DNA from: an uncultured cyanobacterium
GTDB lineage: Bacteria; Cyanobacteriota; Cyanobacteriia; Phormidesmidales; Phormidesmidaceae
Direction: 5' to 3'
Length of the DNA: 64,000 nucleotides
Assembly: GCA_963793265.1 (NCBI GenBank)
Contig: CAWBZI010000007.1
Coordinates: 128,001-192,000, forward strand
The notes beneath the pieces are model-generated. The model saw only the letters and a program-made list of their open reading frames with translations. It had not been told where the DNA came from and did no database searches. Both the position numbers and the translations under genes were made by a program. This document shows positions 41,418-51,305 of this stretch, piece after piece (the stretch's first letter is position 1; each line of letters opens with the position of its first letter).

Positions 41418-41479
41418 GGTCAGTGTTTATTGTCCCGGAGGGCGTAAACCCTTACGCCCTCCGACTCGGACATACTGCC
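41418..41479 (+). promoter_or_regulatory. Structured 5' leader of antiporter gene (candidate cis-regulatory RNA)
   Basis: Perfect 12-bp stem CGGAGGGCGTAA/TTACGCCCTCCG nested in TGTCC/GGACA and GGTCAGT/ACTGCC pairings. Confidence 0.45.
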
Positions 41480-41517
41480 TTCTCACCTATCTTCAACGAC
41501 ACGTTCTATGGAGTGCG

Positions 41518-43158
41518 ATGCTTGAAAGTATTATCTGGATTTTGCTAGTCGGTTTCTTCGCTGGGCAAATTGCCAGAAGGCTAAAAGCACCACCTTTGGT
41601 CGGCATGGTGTTAGTCGGCATTGTACTGGGCCCTCAGTTCACTAATGTGATCAGCGAGGGCGTACTAGGTGCAGCAGACGGACTCAGAACCATCGCGGTG
41701 ATGGTGATTTTGATGAAGGCCGGGCTGGGGCTAGACCGCGAAAAGCTCACTCAGCAGGGAACGGTAGCGCTGCGGTTGGGGTTTTTGCCGGGGGCTTGCG
41801 AGGCGGTTGTTGTTGCGATCGCATCTATCTGGCTACTCAACTTCGACTGGCCCACCGGCCTACTCCTCGGCAGCATTATCGGCGCAGAATCTCCGGCTGT
41901 GATCGTGCCCGGAATGCTGAGGCTCAAAAGTTTGGGCTGGGGCGTAAAAAAAGGAATTCCCGACGCAATCCTGACCGGCAGTGCCCTTTCAGATGTGCTG
42001 CTGCTGCTTGTATTTAGCCTGCTACTGGCTTTTCTCTCGCAAGATTCGCAGGCTGCTTTTACATTTCCAGGCGGTATTACCATCAGTCCTGTCTTGTTGT
42101 TGCCGGTTCAGGTCATCTCTCAGATCGCAATAGGCATTCTTTTAGGCTGGGTAATTGCTCGGCTGCTGGTGGTCATACTCGCTGGGCAAAAGTGGACTCA
42201 AAGCGTTGTGCAAGACACGCTAGTTGCCGCAGGGCTGGCGCTTTTGTTAGTTGTACTCGCTCAACATTTTCCAATCTTTTCCGGTTATCTAGCTGTGATG
42301 GCAACCGGCTTTTTCTTAATAGAATTCGATGCGCCGCTAGCTCGGCGGTTGCGCAATGGATTTAACGGGCTGTGGGCGATCGCGGAAATCATTCTATTCG
42401 TACTGCTGGGCGCGAGTATTCAGCTTGGCGTACTAGAAGAGACTGTTTGGGTAGGACTGCTGCTGCTGGCAATCGGGACTTTGATCGGGCGATCGCTTGG
42501 CTGGTATCTCTCAACGCTCGGGAGTAACTGGACACTTAGAGAAAAGCTGTTTCTCTTACCGGGAAACTCGGCAAAAGCCACCGTACAAGCAGCCATTGGC
42601 GCGGTGCCACTAGCTCAGGGAATTGCAGGTGGTGAGACAATTTTGGCACTTTCGGCACTCTCTATTTTAGTCACGGCCCCTTTAGGTGCCTGGGCAATTC
42701 CTACTTTTGCCCCTAAGCTATTAGCCAAAGGTGAGGTTGATCCAACAAAGGTTGCGACCGCTCAAAAAACAGTTCTCCTCGCCGCCATAAGCAACTCCCC
42801 TACTACAGCTCAGGTACTCACTAAAGCCGCAGAACTCGCTCGCCAGAGTGAAGGAGAAGTTGTCGTAGTACATGTCGCTCAGGCAGAAGATTCGCAGGCA
42901 GAGATTGAACGGCTCAAGACCCAATCTAAACAGCTACTTGCTGATATTCATCACCAGTTTGTACTATTGGGATACCCTATAGTTCAGCGGGCGGTAGCGC
43001 AAGAGAACAATATAGCCCAAGAAATAATCAGCAGCGCCCAGTTCTACAGCGCCACAGACATCATTATCGGCAAGCGCAGTAGTCTTCAAAGGTCGGTCGG
43101 CTCAGTCTCTAAGATTGTTGTAACAAGTAGTCCTTTGCCCACTATCGTCGTTGAGTAA
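41518..43158 (+). CDS. Cation:proton antiporter (NhaP/NHA-like) with C-terminal USP domain
   Basis: Many TM helices, AESPAVIVP, SDV, AKATVQAA; USP-like IIIGKR...VGSVS. ATG at 41518 preferred over the GTG at 41353. Confidence 0.85.
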   Translation: MLESIIWILLVGFFAGQIARRLKAPPLVGMVLVGIVLGPQFTNVISEGVLGAADGLRTIAVMVILMKAGLGLDREKLTQQGTVALRLGFLPGACEAVVVAIASIWLLNFDWPTGLLLGSIIGAESPAVIVPGMLRLKSLGWGVKKGIPDAILTGSALSDVLLLLVFSLLLAFLSQDSQAAFTFPGGITISPVLLLPVQVISQIAIGILLGWVIARLLVVILAGQKWTQSVVQDTLVAAGLALLLVVLAQHFPIFSGYLAVMATGFFLIEFDAPLARRLRNGFNGLWAIAEIILFVLLGASIQLGVLEETVWVGLLLLAIGTLIGRSLGWYLSTLGSNWTLREKLFLLPGNSAKATVQAAIGAVPLAQGIAGGETILALSALSILVTAPLGAWAIPTFAPKLLAKGEVDPTKVATAQKTVLLAAISNSPTTAQVLTKAAELARQSEGEVVVVHVAQAEDSQAEIERLKTQSKQLLADIHHQFVLLGYPIVQRAVAQENNIAQEIISSAQFYSATDIIIGKRSSLQRSVGSVSKIVVTSSPLPTIVVE

Positions 43159-43171
43159 TCAAACAAGAGCG

Positions 43172-43798
43172 CTATCTAGAAGATTCTTTACTATTCACCC
43201 ACCACCGATATAGTAGCCAGCCTACAGCTAATACACCAGCTACGACCGCCACCCCGATACTCACCGGCCCTAGCACCACGGAAACTTTTTCATAACCATC
43301 TCTTAGCCAGTAGCCCGCCATCGTCAGCAGCGTAATCCACGCTAGCGATCCTATTGTTGAGTAGATTAGAAAGGGGAAAAACGGCATTTTTGTAACGCCT
43401 GCTGGCACCGAGATATAGGTGCGAATGCCCGGTACCATCCGCCCTAAGCCAACGGCCCAATAGCCGCCCTTGTTAGAAAACCACTTCTGTACAGCAACAA
43501 TCTCTTTACTAGAAATACCCAGCCATCTACCCTGGCTGTCGGCAAGCTCACAAATTCGCTTGAGCCCAAATGCTGAGCCAATGTAATACCAAACCAGCGC
43601 GCCAAGCACTGAGCCAATCGTGCCAGAAGCGATCGCACTCACCAAATTCATCTCCCCCCGCGCGGCAGCAAAGCCCGCCAAAGGCATAATCACCTCCGAA
43701 GGAATCGGCGGAATCACATTCTCTAACAGCATAAGCCCGCCAATTCCCCAGTAGCCGAAGAAGGCGATCGCGTCGGTAATTCTATCTAAAATATCCAA
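43172..43798 (-). CDS. DedA family membrane protein
   Basis: LENVIPPIPSEVIMPLAG, GRMVPGIRTYISVPAG. Confidence 0.9.
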   Translation of the reverse strand: MDILDRITDAIAFFGYWGIGGLMLLENVIPPIPSEVIMPLAGFAAARGEMNLVSAIASGTIGSVLGALVWYYIGSAFGLKRICELADSQGRWLGISSKEIVAVQKWFSNKGGYWAVGLGRMVPGIRTYISVPAGVTKMPFFPFLIYSTIGSLAWITLLTMAGYWLRDGYEKVSVVLGPVSIGVAVVAGVLAVGWLLYRWWVNSKESSR

Positions 43799-43896
43799 AA
43801 CAGGCAGCAGGCGATAAGGTACCAGCAGTAGTTTCGCACTTCGCTGAGCCTGTGCCCTCTACCCGCCTATACATTTAACATCTATAGCGAACGTAG

Positions 43897-44196
43897 CTAC
43901 ATATCGTCGTGATTATGCTCTTCCATATTCATCTCCATAGATTCGCCATGGTTCATCAGCCCCATACTAGACGGCCCTGAAGCCATAACGCCCATCGAAA
44001 CCAGGCCAGCTGCGAGTACACCCATCGAAACCACGCCAGCGGAAAAAACGCCCATCGAAATTACGCCAATAGAAACAATGCCGTGAGAGATAATACCAAC
44101 GGAAACGATGCCATGGGCCGTGACCCCAACTGCAACGACGCCGTGAGCACCAAGACCAAAAGAGAAAAACTTTTTCCTTGACGGATGGGATGTCAT
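43897..44196 (-). CDS. Small Gly-pentapeptide-repeat protein with Met/His-rich tail
   Basis: About eleven Gxxxx repeats (GVVAV GVTAH GIVSV GIISH...); tail MNHGESMEMNMEEHNHDDM; GAAGGA SD-like sequence upstream. Confidence 0.6.
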   Translation of the reverse strand: MTSHPSRKKFFSFGLGAHGVVAVGVTAHGIVSVGIISHGIVSIGVISMGVFSAGVVSMGVLAAGLVSMGVMASGPSSMGLMNHGESMEMNMEEHNHDDM

Positions 44197-44386
44197 AGCT
44201 TAGTTCCTTCGTAATTCCCTAGAGGGGTATACAGAAGAAACTAACCTACGAAAGAGAGCCAGCCAAATGACAGCCTGTCAACTGCAATCAGCTTTGACGG
44301 ACTGTCTGTTGACAACTTTTAAACGCAGAAAAGACACTTAGGCTTAACTCTCTTTTGCTCAGCTCTCTTTTAAAAGCGAGAAAACT

Positions 44387-45850
44387 ATGACTATCACGGA
44401 TGCTCACACAGCAAGTCGCCAGTCGTCTACCACCGAGTCACCGAATAACTACTTCTACCGAACCGTATGGCGCTGGCATTTTTATGCCGGTCTGTTTGTC
44501 ATTCCCTTTATGCTCGTACTGGGCATCACTGGCATTATCTACCTGTTTAAACCGCAGCTAGATAATGCCATGTATTACAATCTCATGTTCGTACAGCCGA
44601 GCGTTTCCGTGCTGCCCTATACACAACAAGTCCAGGCGGCCCAGCTAGCTTATCCAAGCGCAACGGTGACAAAATTCACGCCAGGCCCGGCAGCTAACCG
44701 CAGCGCTGAAGTTATCGTGACCACTGCTGAGGGTCGAGATTTAGCGGTATTTGTTGATCCTTATGCTGGTAAGGTGCTGGGCGATCGCGATGAAGCCAAT
44801 AATTTGCAGGCGATCGCCCGCAAAATCCACGGCGAACTGTTCATTGGCGACTGGGGTGACTACCTGATTGAACTAGCCGCCTGTTGGGCGCTCGTACTGC
44901 TAATCTCAGGCGCTTACCTGTGGCTTCCCCGCAGAAAAGTCTCCTTGGCAGGCACTTTAATCCCTCGCCTGTGGAGTAAAAATAAACGGATCTTCTGGCG
45001 AGACTTACACGCTGTTCCTGGCTTTTATGGCATGTTTCTCATCGGTTTCCTCATCCTAACAGGGCTACCCTGGACAGGCTTCTGGGGAGACACCTTTGCA
45101 CAAGTATGGGGCCGTTTTCCCGATAAGATGTGGGACAACGTACCTGAGTCCACGCTAGTATCAGGCTCACTTAATCAACGCGGCGACATTTTTGTGCCTT
45201 GGGCTGCTGAGCAAATGCCCATACCGCAGTCGCGACTTAGTAAGGGTGAATCGAGCAATTTCAGCAGCTCCTACACAGCAAAATTAGTAGCCGACCAGCA
45301 AAGCACTGCTGCGACCCTCTCACCTGTGTTTAACCAGATAGTTGCCCGAGCCATTAATGCAGGGGCACCACCTGGATTCAGCATTGCCTTTCCCTCAGAT
45401 AAAACGGGCGTATACACAGCCTCAGCTTTTCCAAACGATCCCAAGCAAGAAGTCACGATGCACATGGATCAGTACAGCGGTGAAATGCTCGCAAGCGTAG
45501 GCTGGAAAGACTATGGCCTGGTTCCTAAAGCAGTTGAGATGGGCATCTCTATCCACATGGGCAAATACTTCGGGCTGGCCAATCAGCTATTGATGCTGTT
45601 TGCCGCAGCCGTCACTATTTTGCTTTCTGTGACAGGGGCAGTGATGTGGTGGCGGCGGCGTCCGCAGGGCTCCGGCTTACTAGGCGCACCAGCGATGCCC
45701 CCTTACGTGCAGCATTGGAAAGTCCCGCTGGTGATTGTTGCCGTTTTAGGATTCATTTTCCCGCTGGTAGGGCTTTCTTTAGTGGTTGTTCTTCTGTTGG
45801 ACTATCTCTTAATTTCCCGTGTGCCTTTCCTAAGAAGGCTGTTGGGTTAG
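44387..45850 (+). CDS. PepSY-associated TM helix domain protein
   Basis: WRWHFYAG, VFVDPY, KIHGEL, RDLHAVPG, DQYSG, IHMG. Confidence 0.88.
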   Translation: MTITDAHTASRQSSTTESPNNYFYRTVWRWHFYAGLFVIPFMLVLGITGIIYLFKPQLDNAMYYNLMFVQPSVSVLPYTQQVQAAQLAYPSATVTKFTPGPAANRSAEVIVTTAEGRDLAVFVDPYAGKVLGDRDEANNLQAIARKIHGELFIGDWGDYLIELAACWALVLLISGAYLWLPRRKVSLAGTLIPRLWSKNKRIFWRDLHAVPGFYGMFLIGFLILTGLPWTGFWGDTFAQVWGRFPDKMWDNVPESTLVSGSLNQRGDIFVPWAAEQMPIPQSRLSKGESSNFSSSYTAKLVADQQSTAATLSPVFNQIVARAINAGAPPGFSIAFPSDKTGVYTASAFPNDPKQEVTMHMDQYSGEMLASVGWKDYGLVPKAVEMGISIHMGKYFGLANQLLMLFAAAVTILLSVTGAVMWWRRRPQGSGLLGAPAMPPYVQHWKVPLVIVAVLGFIFPLVGLSLVVVLLLDYLLISRVPFLRRLLG

Positions 45851-45882
45851 AAGAAAAGATAGCCTACATAATATTTAGCTGC

Positions 45883-47187
45883 TCAGTAGTGCTCTACCGA
45901 CCGCACAGGCTGCGGAATCACGGCATACAAAACAGCATATAAAATAGCTGCCGTCACAATCCCATTAACCGGGCCGATTCCCCAGTTTGCATTGCCAGTA
46001 AAGTAGGCCACCAAAGAGCCGACAACATAGGCAATAATGCCTGCCCAGTTAAAATCTGGCAGGCGAGAAGAGAGACTGGGGAAGTGACCCTTATGTCGCA
46101 GCCAAAAATCGACCATGATAATCCCCCCAACTGGCGGAATAATGGTGCCTAAAAATAGCAGGTAGGTGGGCAACAAACTGTAGATGCCAGATAGCGTAAG
46201 CGCCAGTGCGAAAGTCGCCCCGCCGAGAACAAACGCATGACGCTTGTGAGTGCGAAACATATTAGCTCCGGCCACCGAGAACGAATAGATCGTATTGTCC
46301 TGCGTTGTCCACACGTTCAAAATCAGCAAGATTACGCCGCCTGCCAAAATGCCCTGGCTGCTCATCGCCTTAATCAAATCTTCCGAGCCATACACCATCG
46401 AACAAAACGCGCCTGCAAACACCAACAGCCCGTTCACAAACAAAAAGGCGCTCAGTGTAGCCACAATCGCCTCTTTGCCCGAGCTAGCAAACCGGCTCCA
46501 GTTGGTCGCTTGCGTACCGCCAGAGATGAAAGAACCAATGATAATCGCCAGCGCTGCGCCAACGCCAAGCTCTCCAGTGGGGGCCGCGATCGCAGCGCTC
46601 CCATAGTCTCCGGCTGCTAAAACAAGACTGACCGTAACTAGAATGAGCATCGCAGGCACCGCTAGTCGGCTAAGCAAATCGATTGCCCGATAGCCAATAT
46701 AGGCGGTTGCGCAAAAGGCATAGTTAAAGAAAAGCACCAGCAGGACGAACAAAAGGCCGGTTGCAGGCGCACCGAATAGCTCTAGCAGCACTTGCACGAT
46801 CACCGCTGTGGTAAAGGCATACCAGCCGATTTGGGTGAACCCCAAAATAAAATCAACCCAGCGAGAGCCTGCATTGCCGAAGCTAAAGCGCGCCATTAAT
46901 ACGGTGGTTAATCCGCTCTTTGCCGCGATAAATCCTAATGCCGCGCAATACGCACCTAAGATTAAGTTGCCGCCTACAATAATAGCGATGAGCTGAGGAA
47001 AGCTAAAAGATGGGCCAATTGCGCCGCCCGCAAATAGTGTTGTAGAGGTTAACGCAAAGCCCATCAGCAATAGCGAGAGCGACCAAAAGGACTTGCGATC
47101 TGTCATCGGCACCGCGCTTAGCGGGTAATCTTCTGTTGCTGACTTTGCAGCAGGCGGCGCGACCGACGGTTTAGTAGATAAAGGCAT
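45883..47187 (-). CDS. codB: Cytosine/purine permease (NCS1)
   Basis: DYPLSAVP, QIGWY, GSFISGGTQATNWSRF, NVWTTQDN. Confidence 0.82.
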   Translation of the reverse strand: MPLSTKPSVAPPAAKSATEDYPLSAVPMTDRKSFWSLSLLLMGFALTSTTLFAGGAIGPSFSFPQLIAIIVGGNLILGAYCAALGFIAAKSGLTTVLMARFSFGNAGSRWVDFILGFTQIGWYAFTTAVIVQVLLELFGAPATGLLFVLLVLFFNYAFCATAYIGYRAIDLLSRLAVPAMLILVTVSLVLAAGDYGSAAIAAPTGELGVGAALAIIIGSFISGGTQATNWSRFASSGKEAIVATLSAFLFVNGLLVFAGAFCSMVYGSEDLIKAMSSQGILAGGVILLILNVWTTQDNTIYSFSVAGANMFRTHKRHAFVLGGATFALALTLSGIYSLLPTYLLFLGTIIPPVGGIIMVDFWLRHKGHFPSLSSRLPDFNWAGIIAYVVGSLVAYFTGNANWGIGPVNGIVTAAILYAVLYAVIPQPVRSVEHY

Positions 47188-47252
47188 ACATCTAACCGAA
47201 CAATGTTTACTTTGACTTAATCTATTTTTAGGTGTGTTTAGTCACATAGATA

Positions 47253-47266
47253 GTATCTTTAGCTAC
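47253..47266. promoter_or_regulatory. Candidate NtcA box
   Basis: GTA-TCTTTAGC-TAC (GTA-N8-TAC) between divergent nucleobase-utilisation genes. Confidence 0.55.
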
Positions 47267-47310
47267 GGTCAAAAAAAGAACGCGATCCCGACCCCTCACC
47301 ATACTTAGCT

Positions 47311-48798
47311 ATGACACAGACTCCTTCGACCTCGCGATCGCCCCTCAGCTTTGCCGATCAGGACTTCTGGGCACTTCCCACCCCGATCCCCGACGCCGAA
47401 GCCCGTCTGCACTCCCTAGCCGCCGCCCTCTACTCAGACCTTGAAATTGTCAGCTATCCCGGACGTAACTGGGACTACAGCCGCGACCCCGCTATTTTAG
47501 AAGTGGCCATCTTAGGTGCAGGCCAGGCGGGAAAGTCAGCCGCCTTCGGCTTGCGGCAGCACGGCATCGGGCGCGTTCGCATTTTCGATCAGCGGCCAGC
47601 AGGCTACGAGGGCGTGTGGCGAACGTTTGCTCGCAATGCAAAGTTGCGATCACCCAAAAAAGTCACGGGTGGCCTCCACTGGGGCGTCCCTAACCTCAGC
47701 TTCCGCCGCTGGTGCGCTGCCCTCTATGGCGAAGACTACTGGCAAAAGATTCAATACATCCCCCGCCCGCTGTGGGCCGAATACCTGGACTGGCACGGCA
47801 AAGTCCTCGACTTACCGATTCAAAACGATACCGCGATTCAAGACATTACCTGGAATGACGCAGAGCAGTGTTTTTGGCTACAGGCAGAGCACCAGGGTCA
47901 GCGAGAACTATACAAAGCGCGATTCGTTATTTTTGCGACCGGCATGGCCTGTGCAGGCGGCAAAAATATTCCCAGCATTGTAAAAGAGAGTTTGCCTGAG
48001 CATTGCTACCATCACACGATGGACAGCATTGATTTTCCTAGCTTTAAGGGCAAACGAATTGTGATCGTAGGGGGAGGGGCAAGTGCTTTTGATAATGCTT
48101 TGTTGTTGTTGAAAGCAGGTGCCGCGTCTGTTGATCTTACTGTGAGGCGGTCGCACCTGCCAAACCTCAACAGAATCCGCTGGAGCGAATGGAACGGCTA
48201 CCACCGTCACTACATCGATCTATCCGACGCCGAAAAATGGGACTATACCCTATCAGAAGCCCGGCTCGGACAACTGCCGCCCGCTCACACCTACCAGCAG
48301 GCCATCAGCCATCCTCGCTTCACCATCCATACCGATGCGCCGCTCCAAAGCCTCAGCTACGACAACAAAGAGATTGTGAGTGTCTACGGTGAGTCCGGTT
48401 CATCCACTCGTACGTTTCATCACGACGCCCTTCTCTGCGGCACTGGTTTTATCACTAATCTCGATTATCAGCTAGAGCTACAAACGCTTTCTCCTTACAT
48501 TGCTCGGTGGCGCGATCGCTTCACCCCACCCGTCGGTGACGAACACAGCGAAATGAGTCAGTACCCATATCTCGGCAAAAGCCTCGAATTCACACCCAAA
48601 GACCCCGCGCACAGCTACCTTCAGCGCTGCTATTATCCTTCCTGTGGCGCTGCCATGCTCAGCGGCTATCGAGCAAACCTAACTGACTTAGAATTTGCCT
48701 TACCCCGAATCATCTATGACATCGGTCGGCAGCTATTCATAGAGCACCAAGACGATATCAAAGCTGACTTTGAAGCTTACGACAAGTTTGAGTATTAA
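47311..48798 (+). CDS. FAD/NAD(P)-dependent monooxygenase, HpyO (urate hydroxylase)-like
   Basis: GAGQAG, LRSPK, IPRPLWAEYLDW, FATG, GGGASAFD, CGTGF. Confidence 0.7.
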   Translation: MTQTPSTSRSPLSFADQDFWALPTPIPDAEARLHSLAAALYSDLEIVSYPGRNWDYSRDPAILEVAILGAGQAGKSAAFGLRQHGIGRVRIFDQRPAGYEGVWRTFARNAKLRSPKKVTGGLHWGVPNLSFRRWCAALYGEDYWQKIQYIPRPLWAEYLDWHGKVLDLPIQNDTAIQDITWNDAEQCFWLQAEHQGQRELYKARFVIFATGMACAGGKNIPSIVKESLPEHCYHHTMDSIDFPSFKGKRIVIVGGGASAFDNALLLLKAGAASVDLTVRRSHLPNLNRIRWSEWNGYHRHYIDLSDAEKWDYTLSEARLGQLPPAHTYQQAISHPRFTIHTDAPLQSLSYDNKEIVSVYGESGSSTRTFHHDALLCGTGFITNLDYQLELQTLSPYIARWRDRFTPPVGDEHSEMSQYPYLGKSLEFTPKDPAHSYLQRCYYPSCGAAMLSGYRANLTDLEFALPRIIYDIGRQLFIEHQDDIKADFEAYDKFEY

Positions 48799-48806
48799 AG
48801 CAGGGT

Positions 48807-49034
48807 TTAAGCTTTCTTTTTGCCTAGCAAAAACCACCAAAGCTCTAATCCAACCAGCCCAGCGCCCGCAGCAGCAACGCCTACTTTAATAGCCAGTGGT
48901 TGCTCAATACGACGGAACTCACTGGCATCGGGTTCTGAGATTTGAGCTTTGGCAGGATGAGGGATACCTAGCAGTAGACCGACGCTGAGCAGACCGCCGA
49001 GCAGATACGTTCTCTTGAAAGATTTTAGTTTCAT
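48807..49034 (-). CDS. Small membrane protein downstream of the Cu-ATPase (resembles the N-terminus of cupredoxin-domain partners)
   Basis: Signal-like N-terminus; FRRIEQPL...GLELWWFL. Confidence 0.55.
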   Translation of the reverse strand: MKLKSFKRTYLLGGLLSVGLLLGIPHPAKAQISEPDASEFRRIEQPLAIKVGVAAAGAGLVGLELWWFLLGKKKA

Positions 49035-49067
49035 AGATCCAACTGTATTGAAAGTTTGGCCGAACAT

Positions 49068-51262
49068 CTAACGAACGCCTTTGGGCTGAAATTTTCTAAG
49101 CCGCAGCGCATTCGTTACAACAGAAACTGAGCTAAAGGCCATGGCCGCACCTGCAATCACAGGATTCAACAGCCAGCCGAAAATGGGATAGAGAATACCG
49201 GCTGCAATTGGAATACCGGCAACGTTGTAAATGAAGGCGAAAAAGAGATTCTGGCGAATATTTGCAATTGTGGCTTTGCTGAGCTGAATAGCGGTGACGA
49301 TGCCACGCAAGTCACCAGAGATTAGAGTGATGTCGCTAGCGGCGATCGCAACATCTGTCCCTGTCCCGATCGAAATCCCCACATCCGCCTGAGCCAGCGC
49401 AGGCGCATCATTAATGCCATCGCCCACCATTGCCACCTGCTTCCCTGGAGCTTCAGACTGCAATAGTTTAATCTGCGCGGCCTTTTGGTCAGGGCGAACT
49501 TCAGCAAACACTCGACGAATGCCGATTTCTTGTGCGATCGCCTCAGCCGTCTGCTGATTGTCCCCCGTCAGCATCACCACCTCTAACCCCATCTTCTGCA
49601 AAGCACCCACCGCTCGGGCAGACGTCCTCTTCAACGCATCAAAAATCCCCAGCAGCCCCTCAGCCTTACCATCCACAGCAATCCAGGCCGTTGTTTTAGC
49701 CGCCGATTCCCAAGCCCGCCGCTGAGACTGCAAAGCTTCAGTATCAACGCCCATACTCTGCATCCAGCGCTCAGTCCCAATCTGCACCAAACGACCGTTC
49801 ACAACGCCCTGAACCCCTCTACCCGTCACCGCATCAAAGCCTTTCGCACCCGTCATCTTCTGTTTGCTAATACCCTGCGACTCAGCATAGTTCACCACAG
49901 CTTCTGCCAGCGGATGCTCCGAGTTACGCTCTACAGCAGCGGCCATCTGCAACAGTTTTATCTCATTGCTATTAGCGCTACCTCTCACCGTCAGGTAGTC
50001 CGTAACCGTTGGCTTCCCCTCCGTCAAAGTCCCCGTCTTATCAACCACAACAACCTGTAGCTGATGGGCTCGCTCCAAACTCTCAGCATCTTTAATCAAA
50101 ATGCCATTCTCAGCGCCCTTACCCGTTCCCACCATAATCGAGGTAGGCGTCGCCAGGCCCAGTGCACAGGGACAGGCGATAATCAATACACCGACTGTCG
50201 TAAGCAGTGCTAGCGTCGTGTTGCCCGTGAGTATGAACCAAAGTACGAAGGTGAAAATAGCGATCGCAATCACAACCGGCACAAACCAACCCGTCACCTG
50301 ATCGGCCAGCTTCTGAATCGGAGCTTTAGACCCCTGTGCATCCTGCACAAGCTGAACAATCTGCGCCAGCACCGTATCCTTACCCACCCGTGACGCCCTC
50401 AGCCTAAAGCTCCCAGTCTTATTAATCGTTGCACCAATCACCTCCGCACCCGTGTCCTTCTTCACCGGCACCGGCTCGCCCGTCACCATCGATTCATCAA
50501 CCGTAGAGCGCCCTTTAATCACTTCACCGTCCACCAGAATCTTCTCACCCGGACGAACAACAACAACATCGCCCACAACGACATCTTCTATAGGCAAATC
50601 AATCTCATCGCCCTGCCGAACAACTCGCGCGGTGTTAGCCTGCAATCCCATAAGTTGCCGAATCGCATCTGAAGTCTGCCCCCGCGCCCGATTCTCCAAA
50701 TACCGGCCCAGCAGCAGCAGCGCGATAATCACAACAGCCGCTTCGTAATAGACCTCTGGCGCGAGCCCTTGGGCAATCAGTAAATTAGGAAACAGGGTCA
50801 CAAAAACAGAATAGAGATAGGCCGTGCCCGTGCCCAGTGCCACTAGAGTGTTCATGTTCGCGGCACGATACGTAAAGGCTTTAGCAGCCCCCATATAAAA
50901 AGACTGACCACACCAGAACAGAACAGGAGTAGCTAGGATGAGCTGTAGCCAGGAGTTGTGCAAAAACATCGGCCAGCCTGGAATATCTACCCCGAGCATC
51001 ACCGGCAAAGTTCCTAACACCAAAACAATGCCGATAACCCCGCTGACCAAAACCTTATTTAAGAGATCTCGCTGTTGAGCCTTGCGTTCTGCTTGCTCTT
51101 TCGCATCCGCTTCACCCGTGCTCAAACCCTCCCTGGCGCTGGCTTCATACCCAGCCGCTGCAACTGCTGCCTGAATTGATTCCAGGCTAGTACGCCTTTC
51201 ATCGTAATCAACCCTGGCCTGCTCCGCCGCAAAGTTAACCTGAACGCTACTCACGCCTGGCA
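49068..51262 (-). pseudogene. pacS: Copper-translocating P1B-ATPase, 3' part (interrupted by a mobile element)
   Basis: [36 protein letters not shown] and MAFSS; the HMA domain is broken after residue 28. Confidence 0.9.
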
Positions 51263-51305
51263 TGCATATTCACATGACTTCGGCAGGCATTCACACCTAA
51301 CTTCG

